Origin: a virus | Taxonomy: Duplodnaviria; Caudoviricetes | Virus record (IMG/VR): IMGVR_UViG_3300032285_002367 | Span: 1-41,644 of that record | Direction: 5' to 3' (one strand) | DNA: 41,644 nucleotides | Shown: positions 27,101 through 37,261 of the stretch, in pieces | How positions within the stretch are numbered: the stretch's first letter is position 1 | How the letters are laid out: each line of letters starts with the position of its first letter | Program-made: the position numbers and the translations under genes | The notes under the pieces: model-generated | Seen by the model: the letters and a program-made list of their open reading frames with translations, nothing else | Database searches by the model: none | What the model was told of the DNA's origin: nothing

Positions 27101-30100
27101 TGCTTAAATATGTTGGAATAACTTCAGAGCCTTCAATTAAAGCATCTTTTTCTAAGCCCGTTGAATAGCCTGATGCTTCCTTGGGGTCTGTTGTGAAGTA
27201 ATAGCCATCTATATTTCCTGACCTATTTACTTTTTTACTTGGCTTAAATACATTACCTTCAAAATTTACAGTTCCGTGGTACATAACTTTAGGGCTGCCA
27301 TCTTCATTAACAACTTTGCTATCTCCAAACCATTTTTTGAATGCCGGAGTTATTTGTTGTTCTTTATTGAATAAAGATTCCTGTGTTCCGGTAAATGGTT
27401 TTGCTTTAAGCGTTCCAAAACTATACCCTGCAGACTCTAGTCTTCCTGCAATAACTTCAATATCTTCGTTAAGGATGGCTTCAGATGTCTTGACCAATCG
27501 GTCTAATGCGGTCTCATAATTCTTAGCAATTCCAAGTATTTGTCTTACAAGCTCAACTAACTTAGTAAATGCTGTCTTCTCGCCAACTTTAATTTCACTT
27601 AAGAATTCCTGCATATTCTTGTCGGTTAAACCCCAAGATACTAACTCATCAATATCCCATAAAGCGTTAATTTCTCGTTTGTACATACGCTCCATAAATG
27701 GAGTCATGTCCTTTTCTTTAACTTTTTGATTGTAATAATCAATTACACTATTTCTAAGTTCGTGTAACTCTACAACTAACGGGTCATTCTTAGAGCGTAA
27801 CTTTAATTGTCCTCTGGTTGCAACGTGTAATAACTCATGCAGCACAGTGGCGTAATTCGTGCCGGGAGGATAACCCAATTGATTTTCTAATACAGCAGCG
27901 CCGTTTAAAGTTAATCTAGCAGATGTTTGCTCTCCAGTTTTGCCAAACTTAAACTGAACTTCACCTTTTGCATTAAACATTCCAGAGCGTCTAGTGTCTC
28001 CAGTCTCAATATTAAAATCTAATTTAATGCCACGCTTTTCCATCTCCTTGATGCGTTTATTGACCATATTGGCAATAACTTTAGCAAAGTGATTCGGAGC
28101 ATTCTTGATAGACCAGTCAGACAATTCCAACATGGTTTTGCCGGTTAACTCTTTCTCAATACGCTGGTCTTCTTCTTTTATCTTGGATGGCTCTTCCTTG
28201 GAGAACATAATGTCCCCCTCTTCCCCGATATTAGTAGATGGCGTTACTGGTTCAGCTTCTTCAATAGGCTTTAAATCTTCAACAACTTTTTCCGGAGCCA
28301 CAAACTTTTCTGATAAGTTTGCCGCTGCTTGCTCTTCAGTAGGAATGTTTTTTAACAGCTCTTTGCGTCTTTGAACTTCATCGTCCAGCTTCTCATACTC
28401 GTTATAGATAGCTTTGTATTGAGCATCTGCTTGTTCTAATCCGGGAGTTGACACAACATCCCCATCGTATAACGCTTTAATCTTGTCCGCTAATGCATTA
28501 ACGCCGCCATTGTCATTAGGATTAAAGAACTCTTCGTCAGATAAATAGCCTACATCATGAGCAATTGCCGCTAAATCGTCTAAGTCTTGACCTTTTGGAC
28601 GGTCATTAATAAAAAATCCTTTTTGTTGCGACTTAGTAAGTAATTTGTTGGGTGGATGCCGTGGATTAATAAATTCAGAATAGTAATTACCCTTTAATGG
28701 ACGGGCTTGTAAAAACTCTTTAAACGCATTATTTGCTTTTGTAACTTGTGCACGAGCAGCTTCCAAGTCTTTGGACATCGCCTTGACTCTTTGCTCATAT
28801 CCTTTGGTTTCAAAGTTAAAGATGTCTTGTTCTGTTGGATTAATTACAACATTTCTGTTGTCTTTAAATGACTCTACGACTTTGCCATTTTCATCTAAAA
28901 GGTTAACGCCGCTTGCTGTTTTATTTGGAACGCCCTCATAGAACTTAACACCCTCTACTGGGTCAAATACGGCAACCGTCTGCATTGGAGATACTGCTGG
29001 CTCCTCTGGTTTAGGGGCAAAGAATAGCCCGCCTTCTGGAGTAGCATTCTTAAATGCCTCTTCTGCCTGTTTACGGCGTGCTGCTTGTTCTCTAGTAACA
29101 GTTTCTTTATGGGTAAAGAACTTTTGCATCGTAGGAGAATTGGCTCTTGCCTCATCCCAACGGGCTTTCATAATAGCGGCTTGGTCTTCTGGCTTAGCAA
29201 AGGCTTCTGTAGTCCCTGTTTGAGTCGGCGGATTCATGCCAAAACGCTCTTTAAAGGCTGCGTTCTCGTTAGTTGCTACTCTGCCATCAGGAAACACATA
29301 AAACGTCTCAGAACCGCTAGAAATCGGCGCATTAGGGTCATATGGCAACGCTGCTAATTGTTCTTTTGTCTGGGCTGCTGCTGGACGTGGAAGTTGTAAG
29401 GGCTGTGGCTCATTACTTTCCTTTGCCTTAGCCTGAGCTTCATCAAATAGCTTCTTGGCATTTTCTAATTCATTAGCATTTGCCAAGTTTACAAAGCTAG
29501 ACGGCAGACCAAAGGCTAAGCCACCAAGAGCTCCTAGACCTGCTGCTGCTCCAACACCTTTAAATATGTCTGTTTCTGGCTTGACTTCTTGTAGGGCAAG
29601 GTTAGACGCTAATTGACCACCAGCCTCTTCTACACCTTCACTTAGGGTTTCCCCTAATGTTCCACGGATAATACCTTTTTTGGGCGCTCCAGCCATGCCA
29701 CGGGTTAATGCTCTTTCAATCGTTGAGCCTGCCCCAAAAGACGTTGCAACAGTTAATGTTGCTGCCTCGATAGCCGCTATACGGGCTTTAGCAAGCGCTT
29801 CTTTAACAGCTGAGTCCTTGTCATAGCCTTGATTGATTAACTCGTCATAAACCTTCTCATAGGTGTCAGAACCGATGTCTGCACCTTGCATGATTGCGCC
29901 GGTACCAATAGCTCCACGAGTACCTGATTTAGCCAACGCTTCTTCAGTAGCATTTCTCATGAGCATCTTAACGCCCTGCTTAGTCGCTAAGCCGCCGCCC
30001 ATAGTTCCAATTAAATTAGGAATCTGTTCGGACAAGAATGAAGTTAATAGAGCTGGGTCTGTAAATGTGCTCTTAATTGCAGTGCCGGCCTCTTCCCAAA

Positions 30101-30461
30101 AACCTTCTGCTTGATTAATTTTCTGTGACCGTAATGCTTCTTTAGCTTTTAAAACTGGAGATTTAGCTTGTTCTGCAAACGTCTCTAATTGACGTCCAGC
30201 ACCTTGAAGTCCTAAGTCTCTTTCTTCTGGAGTAAATACACCCATTAACTCACCGACTTGACCCGGCAATTGGGCTAGTCCAGCAACGCCTTTTCCAAGT
30301 CCTGCAGCAATATCAGTTGCAGCTTGACCCCAAGTACGCTTTTCATTTAGAGCTAATTCTGGATATGCGTTTAGTATCTTTGCTTTAGCAGCAGACGGGT
30401 CTAAATCATCCGGAATGTTCTCTACCAACGTCCCGTCAGGTAACTGAATGTTGTAAGGCAT
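24111..30461 (-). CDS. Large polyvalent internal virion protein (zincin HELLH, ART-PolyVal-like domain, LPD38-like C-terminus)
   Basis: VLHELLHV; FKKWFGDSKVV..DGSPKVMYHGT...GYYFT...YLSIKNP...GYDG...QIKSA; C-terminal PFFNARLQG and RIPKPFEIG. Confidence 0.8.
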   Translation of the reverse strand: MPYNIQLPDGTLVENIPDDLDPSAAKAKILNAYPELALNEKRTWGQAATDIAAGLGKGVAGLAQLPGQVGELMGVFTPEERDLGLQGAGRQLETFAEQAKSPVLKAKEALRSQKINQAEGFWEEAGTAIKSTFTDPALLTSFLSEQIPNLIGTMGGGLATKQGVKMLMRNATEEALAKSGTRGAIGTGAIMQGADIGSDTYEKVYDELINQGYDKDSAVKEALAKARIAAIEAATLTVATSFGAGSTIERALTRGMAGAPKKGIIRGTLGETLSEGVEEAGGQLASNLALQEVKPETDIFKGVGAAAGLGALGGLAFGLPSSFVNLANANELENAKKLFDEAQAKAKESNEPQPLQLPRPAAAQTKEQLAALPYDPNAPISSGSETFYVFPDGRVATNENAAFKERFGMNPPTQTGTTEAFAKPEDQAAIMKARWDEARANSPTMQKFFTHKETVTREQAARRKQAEEAFKNATPEGGLFFAPKPEEPAVSPMQTVAVFDPVEGVKFYEGVPNKTASGVNLLDENGKVVESFKDNRNVVINPTEQDIFNFETKGYEQRVKAMSKDLEAARAQVTKANNAFKEFLQARPLKGNYYSEFINPRHPPNKLLTKSQQKGFFINDRPKGQDLDDLAAIAHDVGYLSDEEFFNPNDNGGVNALADKIKALYDGDVVSTPGLEQADAQYKAIYNEYEKLDDEVQRRKELLKNIPTEEQAAANLSEKFVAPEKVVEDLKPIEEAEPVTPSTNIGEEGDIMFSKEEPSKIKEEDQRIEKELTGKTMLELSDWSIKNAPNHFAKVIANMVNKRIKEMEKRGIKLDFNIETGDTRRSGMFNAKGEVQFKFGKTGEQTSARLTLNGAAVLENQLGYPPGTNYATVLHELLHVATRGQLKLRSKNDPLVVELHELRNSVIDYYNQKVKEKDMTPFMERMYKREINALWDIDELVSWGLTDKNMQEFLSEIKVGEKTAFTKLVELVRQILGIAKNYETALDRLVKTSEAILNEDIEVIAGRLESAGYSFGTLKAKPFTGTQESLFNKEQQITPAFKKWFGDSKVVNEDGSPKVMYHGTVNFEGNVFKPSKKVNRSGNIDGYYFTTDPKEASGYSTGLEKDALIEGSEVIPTYLSIKNPFVKGSKVTPKMLKAYEEEVIKSNSHLGERAAIYAKEKTEIMKERGESGRSYAPGIFPNISFPTSAMQRVLKAGGYDGFQDGGNHWVAFDSNQIKSAIGNTGEFNPEDVDILQSRSAMQADFSNVDPNYAEKIRKQFTQEKATVKEKFDNLKTNFFDRMVTGVFDEFRAIKNYSDEAYMQARLSKSIDGGLQGLLEYGQVFLDNGALNIKPGTKGLLEILAPLGSEVDQYQIWKALSRDAQIAERYERWKQIPPKARKELKEPARPSFPADVIAGRNELTKGQLDGKSRLDVYKTALNEENALNRSVLNVAKEAGIIDAEGYQNFSNDIYYIPFYKAMEDGDVQSVSSSSKLTGQYFSKALKGGEKKTNDLMENVLLNWSHILSASVKNIAAQNTIKAAEMMDVAEKSKPMDGKYPANTVKIMQEGKTAHYTLSDPDLVDAISTISYLGPKSAFLDIAKGFTNALRYGVTLSPAYKVRNLIRDSLSSIAISDLSPNLASNIYDGLALSKKGNPTFVAALAGGGIFEMGTAHEGNQAKLIKRLIDKGVSTGTILDTPEKVKANLQKALDWYNEQGNKFENANRLALYKKLIDSGKSHLEASYAARDLMDFSMQGQFRAIKVIGSVVPFFNARLQGLYKLGRDGISPTSRVIYNMATGKPLDIDDKKKAARFTAVSSAIMLASIVLYSAYKDDEDFQRREDWDRDNFWWFKVGDTQFRIPKPFEIGALGTIAERTLEQITDENVEGKVFGNRLNSILMDTFSLNPMPQMIKPMIDLYSNKDSFTGAPIESAGMERLSKQERATEKTSGIAKALGGVSEAAAKVLTFNPDAQGFSPIQMDYAIKAYLGWMGATAVSTADRAVEPFQEGAKVHPPIIDTLALGFIKTMPETQSKYMTQFYQNNERIQSALADMRHYAEIGDSEKLQKIMEEKGDDIALAKVYDQTTKQLAQLRKQARMVETNQAIDPADRRDEMARIKIMMSDMARQVEEMRKSLKK

Positions 30462-30469
30462 TCTTTCCC

Positions 30470-32173
30470 TTACTTAATATTTGAAAAGTTTATTGTACGA
30501 TTTTGTTGCATTGCTGGCATAGGTTGAATGCCAAGTTGTTGACTTAATCCTTGGAAGTAAGGGTCTTGCTGTTTAATTCTGTTAATCTCTTGCTGTAACA
30601 ATGCAGACTTTTGGTCATCCGGTAACATGTTAAAACGAGGATTATTTTTGACCAAGAAGTTGTTTGCTCTATCAGTAATGTTCTTTTCTGCCAATCTATA
30701 GTCGTCACTTAAACGAGCACGTTCATTTGAAGACATTACGGACTGTCTATATTTACCAAGCTCTCTAGCTTCCAATGTGCCAATGTCGGATTTATTAAGC
30801 GCTGACAATTCAGCAGCACGACGAGCTTTAGACGCACCATACTGTTCAACACCAGCAGCGCCGGCATTACCAATATTGACTGATGCATATGGAGAACTTC
30901 CGCCTAACATTTTTAATCCAGTCGCCAATAAAGCTAAGTTTTTATCTTCAGCAGCACTCTTCTTTAACTCAGCACGGGCTTCTTTGTTTTGAGCCATGAG
31001 TTCAGCAAAGTAATCTTGCTCTGGAGTTGTAGCTACAGGAGCCCTTTGTAAATAAGGATAGTCGTTTGTAGCAGGCTGATTGTTTGCTGCAGGGGATTCT
31101 GGTTTCTTCGGAGCCTGCTTTTTCTTCATCTTCTCGTATTCTTCTGGGGTAATCTGTTTGTTATTTAACAAATTCTCAGGAGTTCCGGGAACAATCGTGT
31201 TGTAACTTCCCATATCTGGTGATGTCACCATTGGGATGCCTAAATCAGAATACCCGCCCTCATCAAAGTGACGTACTTCACCGCCCTCTGCTAAACCTAC
31301 CATGTAATTACGGGTTTCTCTTGAAAGACTATTGAGCCCATTATCTGCTCGTAAAGCCTTATCAAGCCTGCCGGGTCCTGCGTTATAAGCTGCAGCAGTT
31401 AAAGCTGGGTCTTGATACTTGCTATACATCTTTTTAAGATAAGATATTCCACCAGCAATATTTTGATTTGGGTCTGTTGGGTCTACGCCTAACTCTTTGG
31501 CAGTACCGGGCATCAATTGCATTACGCCAATAGCACCGGCTTTTGAGCGGGCGCTTTCTGGATTCTTAAGATTACCTGTTTCTTTATATAGAACATGTAA
31601 CGCTAAATTAGGGTCTACGCCTTGACGTTTAGCTTCTTGAATAACTTGAGCTTCATAGGGATGTGAACCACGGGATTGCTCTTCTTTAGCAGGCATATAA
31701 GATTTTGCAAAGCCGCTAATCATGTCAGATGCTCTAGATGGAAGGCTTTTTAATCCAGACATCATTTCATTAAATACGCTTTCACGCTTAGACTTACGAA
31801 CCTTGTCTTCGTAATCTTCATAATCTTCATCCGACATACCGCCATCAGAAAATGCAATAATTCCACCGCCTGCGTATTGACGTTCTGGCATAGGTAATTG
31901 TGCTACTCCAGATTCTTCCATGGTTGGCTGCTCTGCTTGAGCATTCTGAGCCATTAAATTTTCCATTACTGTAGGAGGAGTTTGACCGGCGGTCTGAAGT
32001 GCTTTTGTGCGAGCTACCGCTTCTGCCATCTCTGCTTTACGTCCCAAAATTGGGGCAAGCATATCTTCACGGATTTCGCCCTTCTGAGCCATCTGCATAA
32101 TCATGGCCTGAGGAAGTTTAGCTAAATCATCAATTGAACTGTTTTGTTGTTTGATTGCGCTAAGTATGCTCAT
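30470..32173 (-). CDS. Internal virion protein with soluble lytic transglycosylase domain
   Basis: ET...A.S.AGA.G.MQLMP.TA, AAYNAGPG, ETRNY. Confidence 0.88.
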   Translation of the reverse strand: MSILSAIKQQNSSIDDLAKLPQAMIMQMAQKGEIREDMLAPILGRKAEMAEAVARTKALQTAGQTPPTVMENLMAQNAQAEQPTMEESGVAQLPMPERQYAGGGIIAFSDGGMSDEDYEDYEDKVRKSKRESVFNEMMSGLKSLPSRASDMISGFAKSYMPAKEEQSRGSHPYEAQVIQEAKRQGVDPNLALHVLYKETGNLKNPESARSKAGAIGVMQLMPGTAKELGVDPTDPNQNIAGGISYLKKMYSKYQDPALTAAAYNAGPGRLDKALRADNGLNSLSRETRNYMVGLAEGGEVRHFDEGGYSDLGIPMVTSPDMGSYNTIVPGTPENLLNNKQITPEEYEKMKKKQAPKKPESPAANNQPATNDYPYLQRAPVATTPEQDYFAELMAQNKEARAELKKSAAEDKNLALLATGLKMLGGSSPYASVNIGNAGAAGVEQYGASKARRAAELSALNKSDIGTLEARELGKYRQSVMSSNERARLSDDYRLAEKNITDRANNFLVKNNPRFNMLPDDQKSALLQQEINRIKQQDPYFQGLSQQLGIQPMPAMQQNRTINFSNIK

Positions 32174-33069
32174 TACTTACTCCCAAACATATTATAGAGA
32201 GACAAGCCAGTTAATCCCATACCGCCTAATTGACTTGCAAAACTAGGAGCCGGTGTTGTAGAGATTTGATTTTGTCCAGTCTGTGTCAATGGAGTACCAC
32301 GGACTAAATTGTTCATAGTCTCTAGATTAGACAATGGATAATTCAGTTTTGTCATTAAATCTTGGTATTGAGCGTCTAACTGTTGTTGCTGAGTAGCACG
32401 CTGTAAGTCACCATATGCACCTTGAGTTTTCAGGCGGTCAATATCTGATGCTTGCTGTGCTGTACCTAATTGTCCTAGAGTGGAACCTAAATTACCGTAT
32501 CCTGCAGCTTGTGCCAATTGAGCTTTTTGCGCTGCATCAAATGCGTTTTGCATGCCGGTTGCTTGGATATTACCAAGTTTAGTTTGTAGATTGCGGTCTG
32601 CCTCAGATGTCATTAATGCATTGCGAGCACCACCATATGTACCTTGACGGGCTGCTGCCATATTCTGTCCTACTAAGCCTTTTTGAGCATCTCTTAACGC
32701 TTCTTGTTTGTTTACATCAATAACGTTCTGCTCATACGGAGACATATACATCTGTGTCTGCTCTGGGCTAAGCATAGAACCTAAAGCACCAAGACCCATT
32801 GCAGCTGCGCCGGTTCCTAAGTTATATTGACCGGGAGTAGTCATCCCTTGTAATTGTGTTCCAACTTGTTGTTGCATTGGAGAAAGACCGGCAACACGAC
32901 CAGAACCCGCTAAACCAGCGGCTGCTAATGGATTTCCATAAGTAGTAGCATAATCTTTGGCTAAAAGGGTTTGCGCAGTCGGAAGTATTCCACCAGCGTC
33001 CGTTACATACGGTTTTAGCGTTGCGGGGACGTCTGTTAGCGTCGAGGTCGATACGGTATTTGTTGCCAT
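32173..33069 (-). CDS. Probable DNA ejection/pilot protein
   Basis: Q/A/G-rich, YMSPY..NV and G.YGG.R motifs; position among internal virion genes. Confidence 0.65.
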   Translation of the reverse strand: MATNTVSTSTLTDVPATLKPYVTDAGGILPTAQTLLAKDYATTYGNPLAAAGLAGSGRVAGLSPMQQQVGTQLQGMTTPGQYNLGTGAAAMGLGALGSMLSPEQTQMYMSPYEQNVIDVNKQEALRDAQKGLVGQNMAAARQGTYGGARNALMTSEADRNLQTKLGNIQATGMQNAFDAAQKAQLAQAAGYGNLGSTLGQLGTAQQASDIDRLKTQGAYGDLQRATQQQQLDAQYQDLMTKLNYPLSNLETMNNLVRGTPLTQTGQNQISTTPAPSFASQLGGMGLTGLSLYNMFGSK

Positions 33070-33079
33070 GATTTATCCT

Positions 33080-34840
33080 TTACGCAGCTAAATATTTGCG
33101 TGGGTTAATTTGTTTACCTTGTTTTGGATTTCCAGTACGAGCTTTGCGTACCTTATCCATCATTGAGTAAAGTTGTTTTGCACCGGCTTTAGAAGAACCA
33201 TTTCCAAGATGAGAAACTACATCGGCAGGTATTACAAATTCTCCATCCGCAAGACGGGCTTCTTGTTTACCTTCAATATTAGCTGGAATAGAATCACTCA
33301 TGCCATCGCCGTTGCCTGATAAAAATCTTGCAGTACCTCCAGCCGCATATCCCATTATGCCCATACCGCCCATTGCCAATCCATCTACAGGGCTATTATT
33401 CATTATGCCAGTTTGGTCATCTGGAGGGTTAATTTGTCCGCCTTGTGCATATAGCATGCTGCTATTACGACCATAAAGGTTTTCATTGGCACCGGTACGT
33501 CCATAATAAGTATCTCCAATTGAGACATCTCTATTTGGATTTGTGCTAAATGGGCTTTCTTTTACAGCTTTACGGGCTACATCTTCTGAGCGGGTAATGT
33601 CAGCCATTGCCTTATCGTATTCAGCTTGAGAAATAGCATTTGTTGCTTTTTGTTCATCTAAAAGTTTGCGTTGCTCTTCTAGTCCAGCAAGACCTGTTGC
33701 TCCATAAAGAGTAGCTGCAGATGCCATCATTGGGCTAACACCCGATTTAGCAGCTAGTGCAGCAGCTTCTTTAGCTGTAATGTCACCCATACCTAATAAA
33801 TTTTTAATTCCAGAACCTGTTTGACTAGCATTAGCCGCACCTTTGTCCATAGCATTTGTATAGGTATCAAGGTTGGTGGCTTTATCAGCAAAGTTACCTA
33901 AAGACTGGTATGCATCTGATGCTGTATTAGCAACTTTTGTTCCTAAATTGGAAACACCTTCTGAAATATTGGTGCCAATTTGATTAAATGCATCTCCAAC
34001 GTTTCCGCTCATTAATTGAGATGTAATAGATGGCGGAGCAGGTGGCACGGTTCCTGATAAAGTATCTCCAATAACAGAGCCATACGGTAAATTAGTGGCT
34101 GGATTAATACTTTGTGCCACATTTGCTGCATTATTTGTTACAGCATTTGCTGTGTCAATTGCACTTTGTGGGATATTAGACCCTACACTAGATGGTACTT
34201 GACTAAAGTTATTAGTTGAATTTTGCAAAGAACTTATTGCATCTGGTGGTGGTGCCACTTGAGCGCCTTCAGCAACCGGCAACATTGCAGCTTCTGTAGG
34301 CGCCGCTGCTCTCATGTATTCACCTAATTCAGATGCGCCATAAGCCATAGCGCCGCCCATCATAGCGCCTTGAAGATTAAACTTACCACCCTTGCGCAAT
34401 ACTCCAGAACCGTTTAATGCTCCTAAACCTGTCATAGCCCATGTAGGAAGACCCATAGCAGAGCCTGCAATCATACCTACAGTTCCCCATCCACCGGGAA
34501 TTACTTTACCAACAGTTTTATCTAGGGATACTAGTCCTTGGTCAACGATGTTTCCTGCGCCTTGAACGCCCTTGGAAATGCCTTGGGAAATTGGGTTATT
34601 GGATAAGGCATTAGAAACAGGGTCTGAGGCATTCTTATTAATACCGGTTCCTAAGAAACCGCCGCCACCACCAATACCAAACATACCAAATTCGGGTAAA
34701 CCGGTATGTGGGTTAATTGTTCCAGAACCGCCTAAAGACTTGAGTAATCTAGCCTCATCTGAGCTAATGTGAGCCACCATATCGTCGTTATACCGACCAT
34801 ATTGGGGCAACTCCATAGCAAGTGATTTTAAGCCGTTCAT
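33080..34840 (-). CDS. Probable internal virion protein
   Basis: G..NP.TGLPE N-terminal motif and G.GDGMSDSIPA...ARLADGEFV.PADVV C-terminal motif. Confidence 0.65.
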   Translation of the reverse strand: MNGLKSLAMELPQYGRYNDDMVAHISSDEARLLKSLGGSGTINPHTGLPEFGMFGIGGGGGFLGTGINKNASDPVSNALSNNPISQGISKGVQGAGNIVDQGLVSLDKTVGKVIPGGWGTVGMIAGSAMGLPTWAMTGLGALNGSGVLRKGGKFNLQGAMMGGAMAYGASELGEYMRAAAPTEAAMLPVAEGAQVAPPPDAISSLQNSTNNFSQVPSSVGSNIPQSAIDTANAVTNNAANVAQSINPATNLPYGSVIGDTLSGTVPPAPPSITSQLMSGNVGDAFNQIGTNISEGVSNLGTKVANTASDAYQSLGNFADKATNLDTYTNAMDKGAANASQTGSGIKNLLGMGDITAKEAAALAAKSGVSPMMASAATLYGATGLAGLEEQRKLLDEQKATNAISQAEYDKAMADITRSEDVARKAVKESPFSTNPNRDVSIGDTYYGRTGANENLYGRNSSMLYAQGGQINPPDDQTGIMNNSPVDGLAMGGMGIMGYAAGGTARFLSGNGDGMSDSIPANIEGKQEARLADGEFVIPADVVSHLGNGSSKAGAKQLYSMMDKVRKARTGNPKQGKQINPRKYLAA

Positions 34841-34873
34841 ATTAACCTCATAGATTTTGTTGATTTTACCATG

Positions 34874-35209
34874 TTAAATAGCCTCAGCGCCACTAGCAGT
34901 AATGGTTAACCCTGTAGCAGAGCCTTTTATTTGGATTGTTTGTAATTCATTCATAATCTGCACCCCTGTCCAACGGTATGTGGTATTGGCAGCTATAGAA
35001 TATGTATACAAAATAGCATTTCCTGTGCCTGCCGTACCACCATTAGGGACAATATGGACATTTACTGTAACCGCCCCGCCCGTTGTATTGCAGATATTTA
35101 GGTCTTTTACAAAAGTTCTAAACCCTGCTGGAGTGGTATATAGCGTTGCTATAGTGCCAGTAATAGCCGCCTGACCTAGTTGAGTTGGGGTAATATTTTG
35201 ATATGCCAT
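34874..35209 (-). CDS. Virion structural protein
   Basis: TAATG-coupled start at 35209; beta-rich, LYT.P...ICNT motif. Confidence 0.65.
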   Translation of the reverse strand: MAYQNITPTQLGQAAITGTIATLYTTPAGFRTFVKDLNICNTTGGAVTVNVHIVPNGGTAGTGNAILYTYSIAANTTYRWTGVQIMNELQTIQIKGSATGLTITASGAEAI

Positions 35210-35388
35210 TACATGTTCATCCAAATAAGGACGTTATTAGAGTTTGTGTCATTAGATGACTGAATGTTGTATTGGTCTAAACGGTTAAAGTAAAGACGTA
35301 AGGCGTTTTGAAATTGGTTTTGCTGCTGAATATCATATTCAGGAGTAGGTAATGGAAGTGCTGGCGAGCGTGCCTTATAGATAGCCAT
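35209..35388 (-). CDS. Small structural-module protein (59 aa)
   Basis: Not in track; P.LP.P..EY...LRLYFN.LD; coupled on both sides. Confidence 0.7.
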   Translation of the reverse strand: MAIYKARSPALPLPTPEYDIQQQNQFQNALRLYFNRLDQYNIQSSNDTNSNNVLIWMNM

Positions 35389-37259
35389 TAACGTTTCCCA
35401 TCCGGTCTGCCATCTAACCTAGGACTTCCAAGCTGCCAATTGACGCCAATATCAGTTGATGAGATTTCCATACCCATTTGACGTGCTCTAGCCCGCATAA
35501 ATACTTGGTCAGTATAAGTATCAACTGTTAACTCAATGACGCTCTGAGAAGGAGATGTTCCATATGCAGAACCCGGAAAGTTTCTAGGTTTCATTTTAAA
35601 TTTAACAGATGGACTAGGATTTGAGGCAGTATTAGAGCCGTCAAATGACACGTCAGGAATAATCCTCTTAATTAACAAGAATTGCTCGCCATCCACAATG
35701 TCAAAGTCTGAGGAAGTAATATAAGAAGACATAGGTGATAAATCGTCATCTACACCAGTTTCGTGGTTATAAATGTATTGAGCACCATCTGCACCGCCCG
35801 CCGCTTGTGGGAATTGCCTTAATGGACTGTCATTCCATGCGGTACGGTTAATGGAACCGTAATACCAAATTTTGTCAAAATGGTTGTAGATAACATAGGC
35901 ATTGTTTGTATTACTATCCGCTGTAGGATAGAACCACCATACTTCATTCCATTGCTCATTGGTTCCGCAAACCACTTGTTCCAATTGGTCAAAGTTTAAG
36001 TTCTCAAATACATGATTTCTTAGGGTGCAAGGCAGAGTATCTACTCGCCCAGAATAAGTGTAAAACTTATCTGTACCCATCCAAAATGCTTGGTTGTTTA
36101 CCGTAATAACTGCTCTTGGGCTGGCAATTGAAATGTTATCTGACAGCTCCTGAATACCGAACACATCTGTTGTGCCTAAAAACTGCAATGAATTTAGCGT
36201 GGCATTTGTGTAAACCAAAATCTCTTGGCGGGTTGGGATTGCTCGAATAATGGCATCACCCCTAGACACACGAATAAATCCAGCCGAATTAGTCACCAAT
36301 GGAGTCCAATTTTGAGGTTCATCTTGGTTTGACCAGCGGATTAATAGTGGGTCAAAAACTCCGCTACCATAGGAAGATGCGCCAAAAGCTAATAAATGTT
36401 TATCACCTTGAGACACTAAAAGCTGCATTACCTTTGTCGGGACATCTGAGGCGCCCGGATAACTTGCCAAGGGCACAGCTCTGGTAAGGAATGTAGTATC
36501 TAAATCCCAATAGTATGGTGTACCGTTACGGATATTAGCCATAAGGGTATTGTCAAAGTTGTCAAAAAACCAATCTCTTTGAAATGTTTTTATCGGTGTA
36601 ATAGAGCCCGTGCCCCATCCACCCCTACCCCATACACCAGCACCCCAACCATACCCATAGGTAGTAGTAGCATTGCCTACGTCTATATCATATTTAGCTG
36701 TAACAGTGGCGCCGCCCTTAGCAGTGTCTGAGCTATTTGCTATTGCAGTTGCTGTAATGGTGTAAGTTGTAGCACCAGAATTAACAGATTGAATTTTGTA
36801 GTTAGCATTTAAAACAGTTGCTGTAATATTGCCGCCTAACGATGTAGCACCAGAAAAGGTAACGTAATTACCGGCAGTAGGGGTAAACCCTGAGTCTGTT
36901 GCATATGAAACAGTAATTGTTGCAGAACCTACAGTCGCCGTAAAAGGACCTGCCGCAGCGCCTAAAGTTGTAGAAGTATGCTGTAGCGGGGTAATGTCGT
37001 AAAGGTTATTTCCCGAGTCTATATAGAGCTTTTTACTGGTTCCTACTGCCATCAAGTTATCACTTAAAGACGTAATCCAAGTAAACATTTGACGGCAAAT
37101 GCCGAGTAAAACCGTTGGTGTAGCCTTAAGCCAGCCGCCTAGCTTTTGTGGTTGTCCGGAACGGAAACGAATTTTATCGCAGGAGTAAAAGCCACCCTCA
37201 TTGGTATAGTTGGTTTGGTCACGATTGACCCCCGGCTTAAACACCATCTTTTGTAGCAT
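35388..37259 (-). CDS. Tail tubular/head-closure (P22 gp10-like) protein
   Basis: KPG.NR, R.R.G...KLGGW, IRWS.QD, EVWWFYP; 623 aa. Confidence 0.7.
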   Translation of the reverse strand: MLQKMVFKPGVNRDQTNYTNEGGFYSCDKIRFRSGQPQKLGGWLKATPTVLLGICRQMFTWITSLSDNLMAVGTSKKLYIDSGNNLYDITPLQHTSTTLGAAAGPFTATVGSATITVSYATDSGFTPTAGNYVTFSGATSLGGNITATVLNANYKIQSVNSGATTYTITATAIANSSDTAKGGATVTAKYDIDVGNATTTYGYGWGAGVWGRGGWGTGSITPIKTFQRDWFFDNFDNTLMANIRNGTPYYWDLDTTFLTRAVPLASYPGASDVPTKVMQLLVSQGDKHLLAFGASSYGSGVFDPLLIRWSNQDEPQNWTPLVTNSAGFIRVSRGDAIIRAIPTRQEILVYTNATLNSLQFLGTTDVFGIQELSDNISIASPRAVITVNNQAFWMGTDKFYTYSGRVDTLPCTLRNHVFENLNFDQLEQVVCGTNEQWNEVWWFYPTADSNTNNAYVIYNHFDKIWYYGSINRTAWNDSPLRQFPQAAGGADGAQYIYNHETGVDDDLSPMSSYITSSDFDIVDGEQFLLIKRIIPDVSFDGSNTASNPSPSVKFKMKPRNFPGSAYGTSPSQSVIELTVDTYTDQVFMRARARQMGMEISSTDIGVNWQLGSPRLDGRPDGKR

Positions 37260-37261
37260 AA

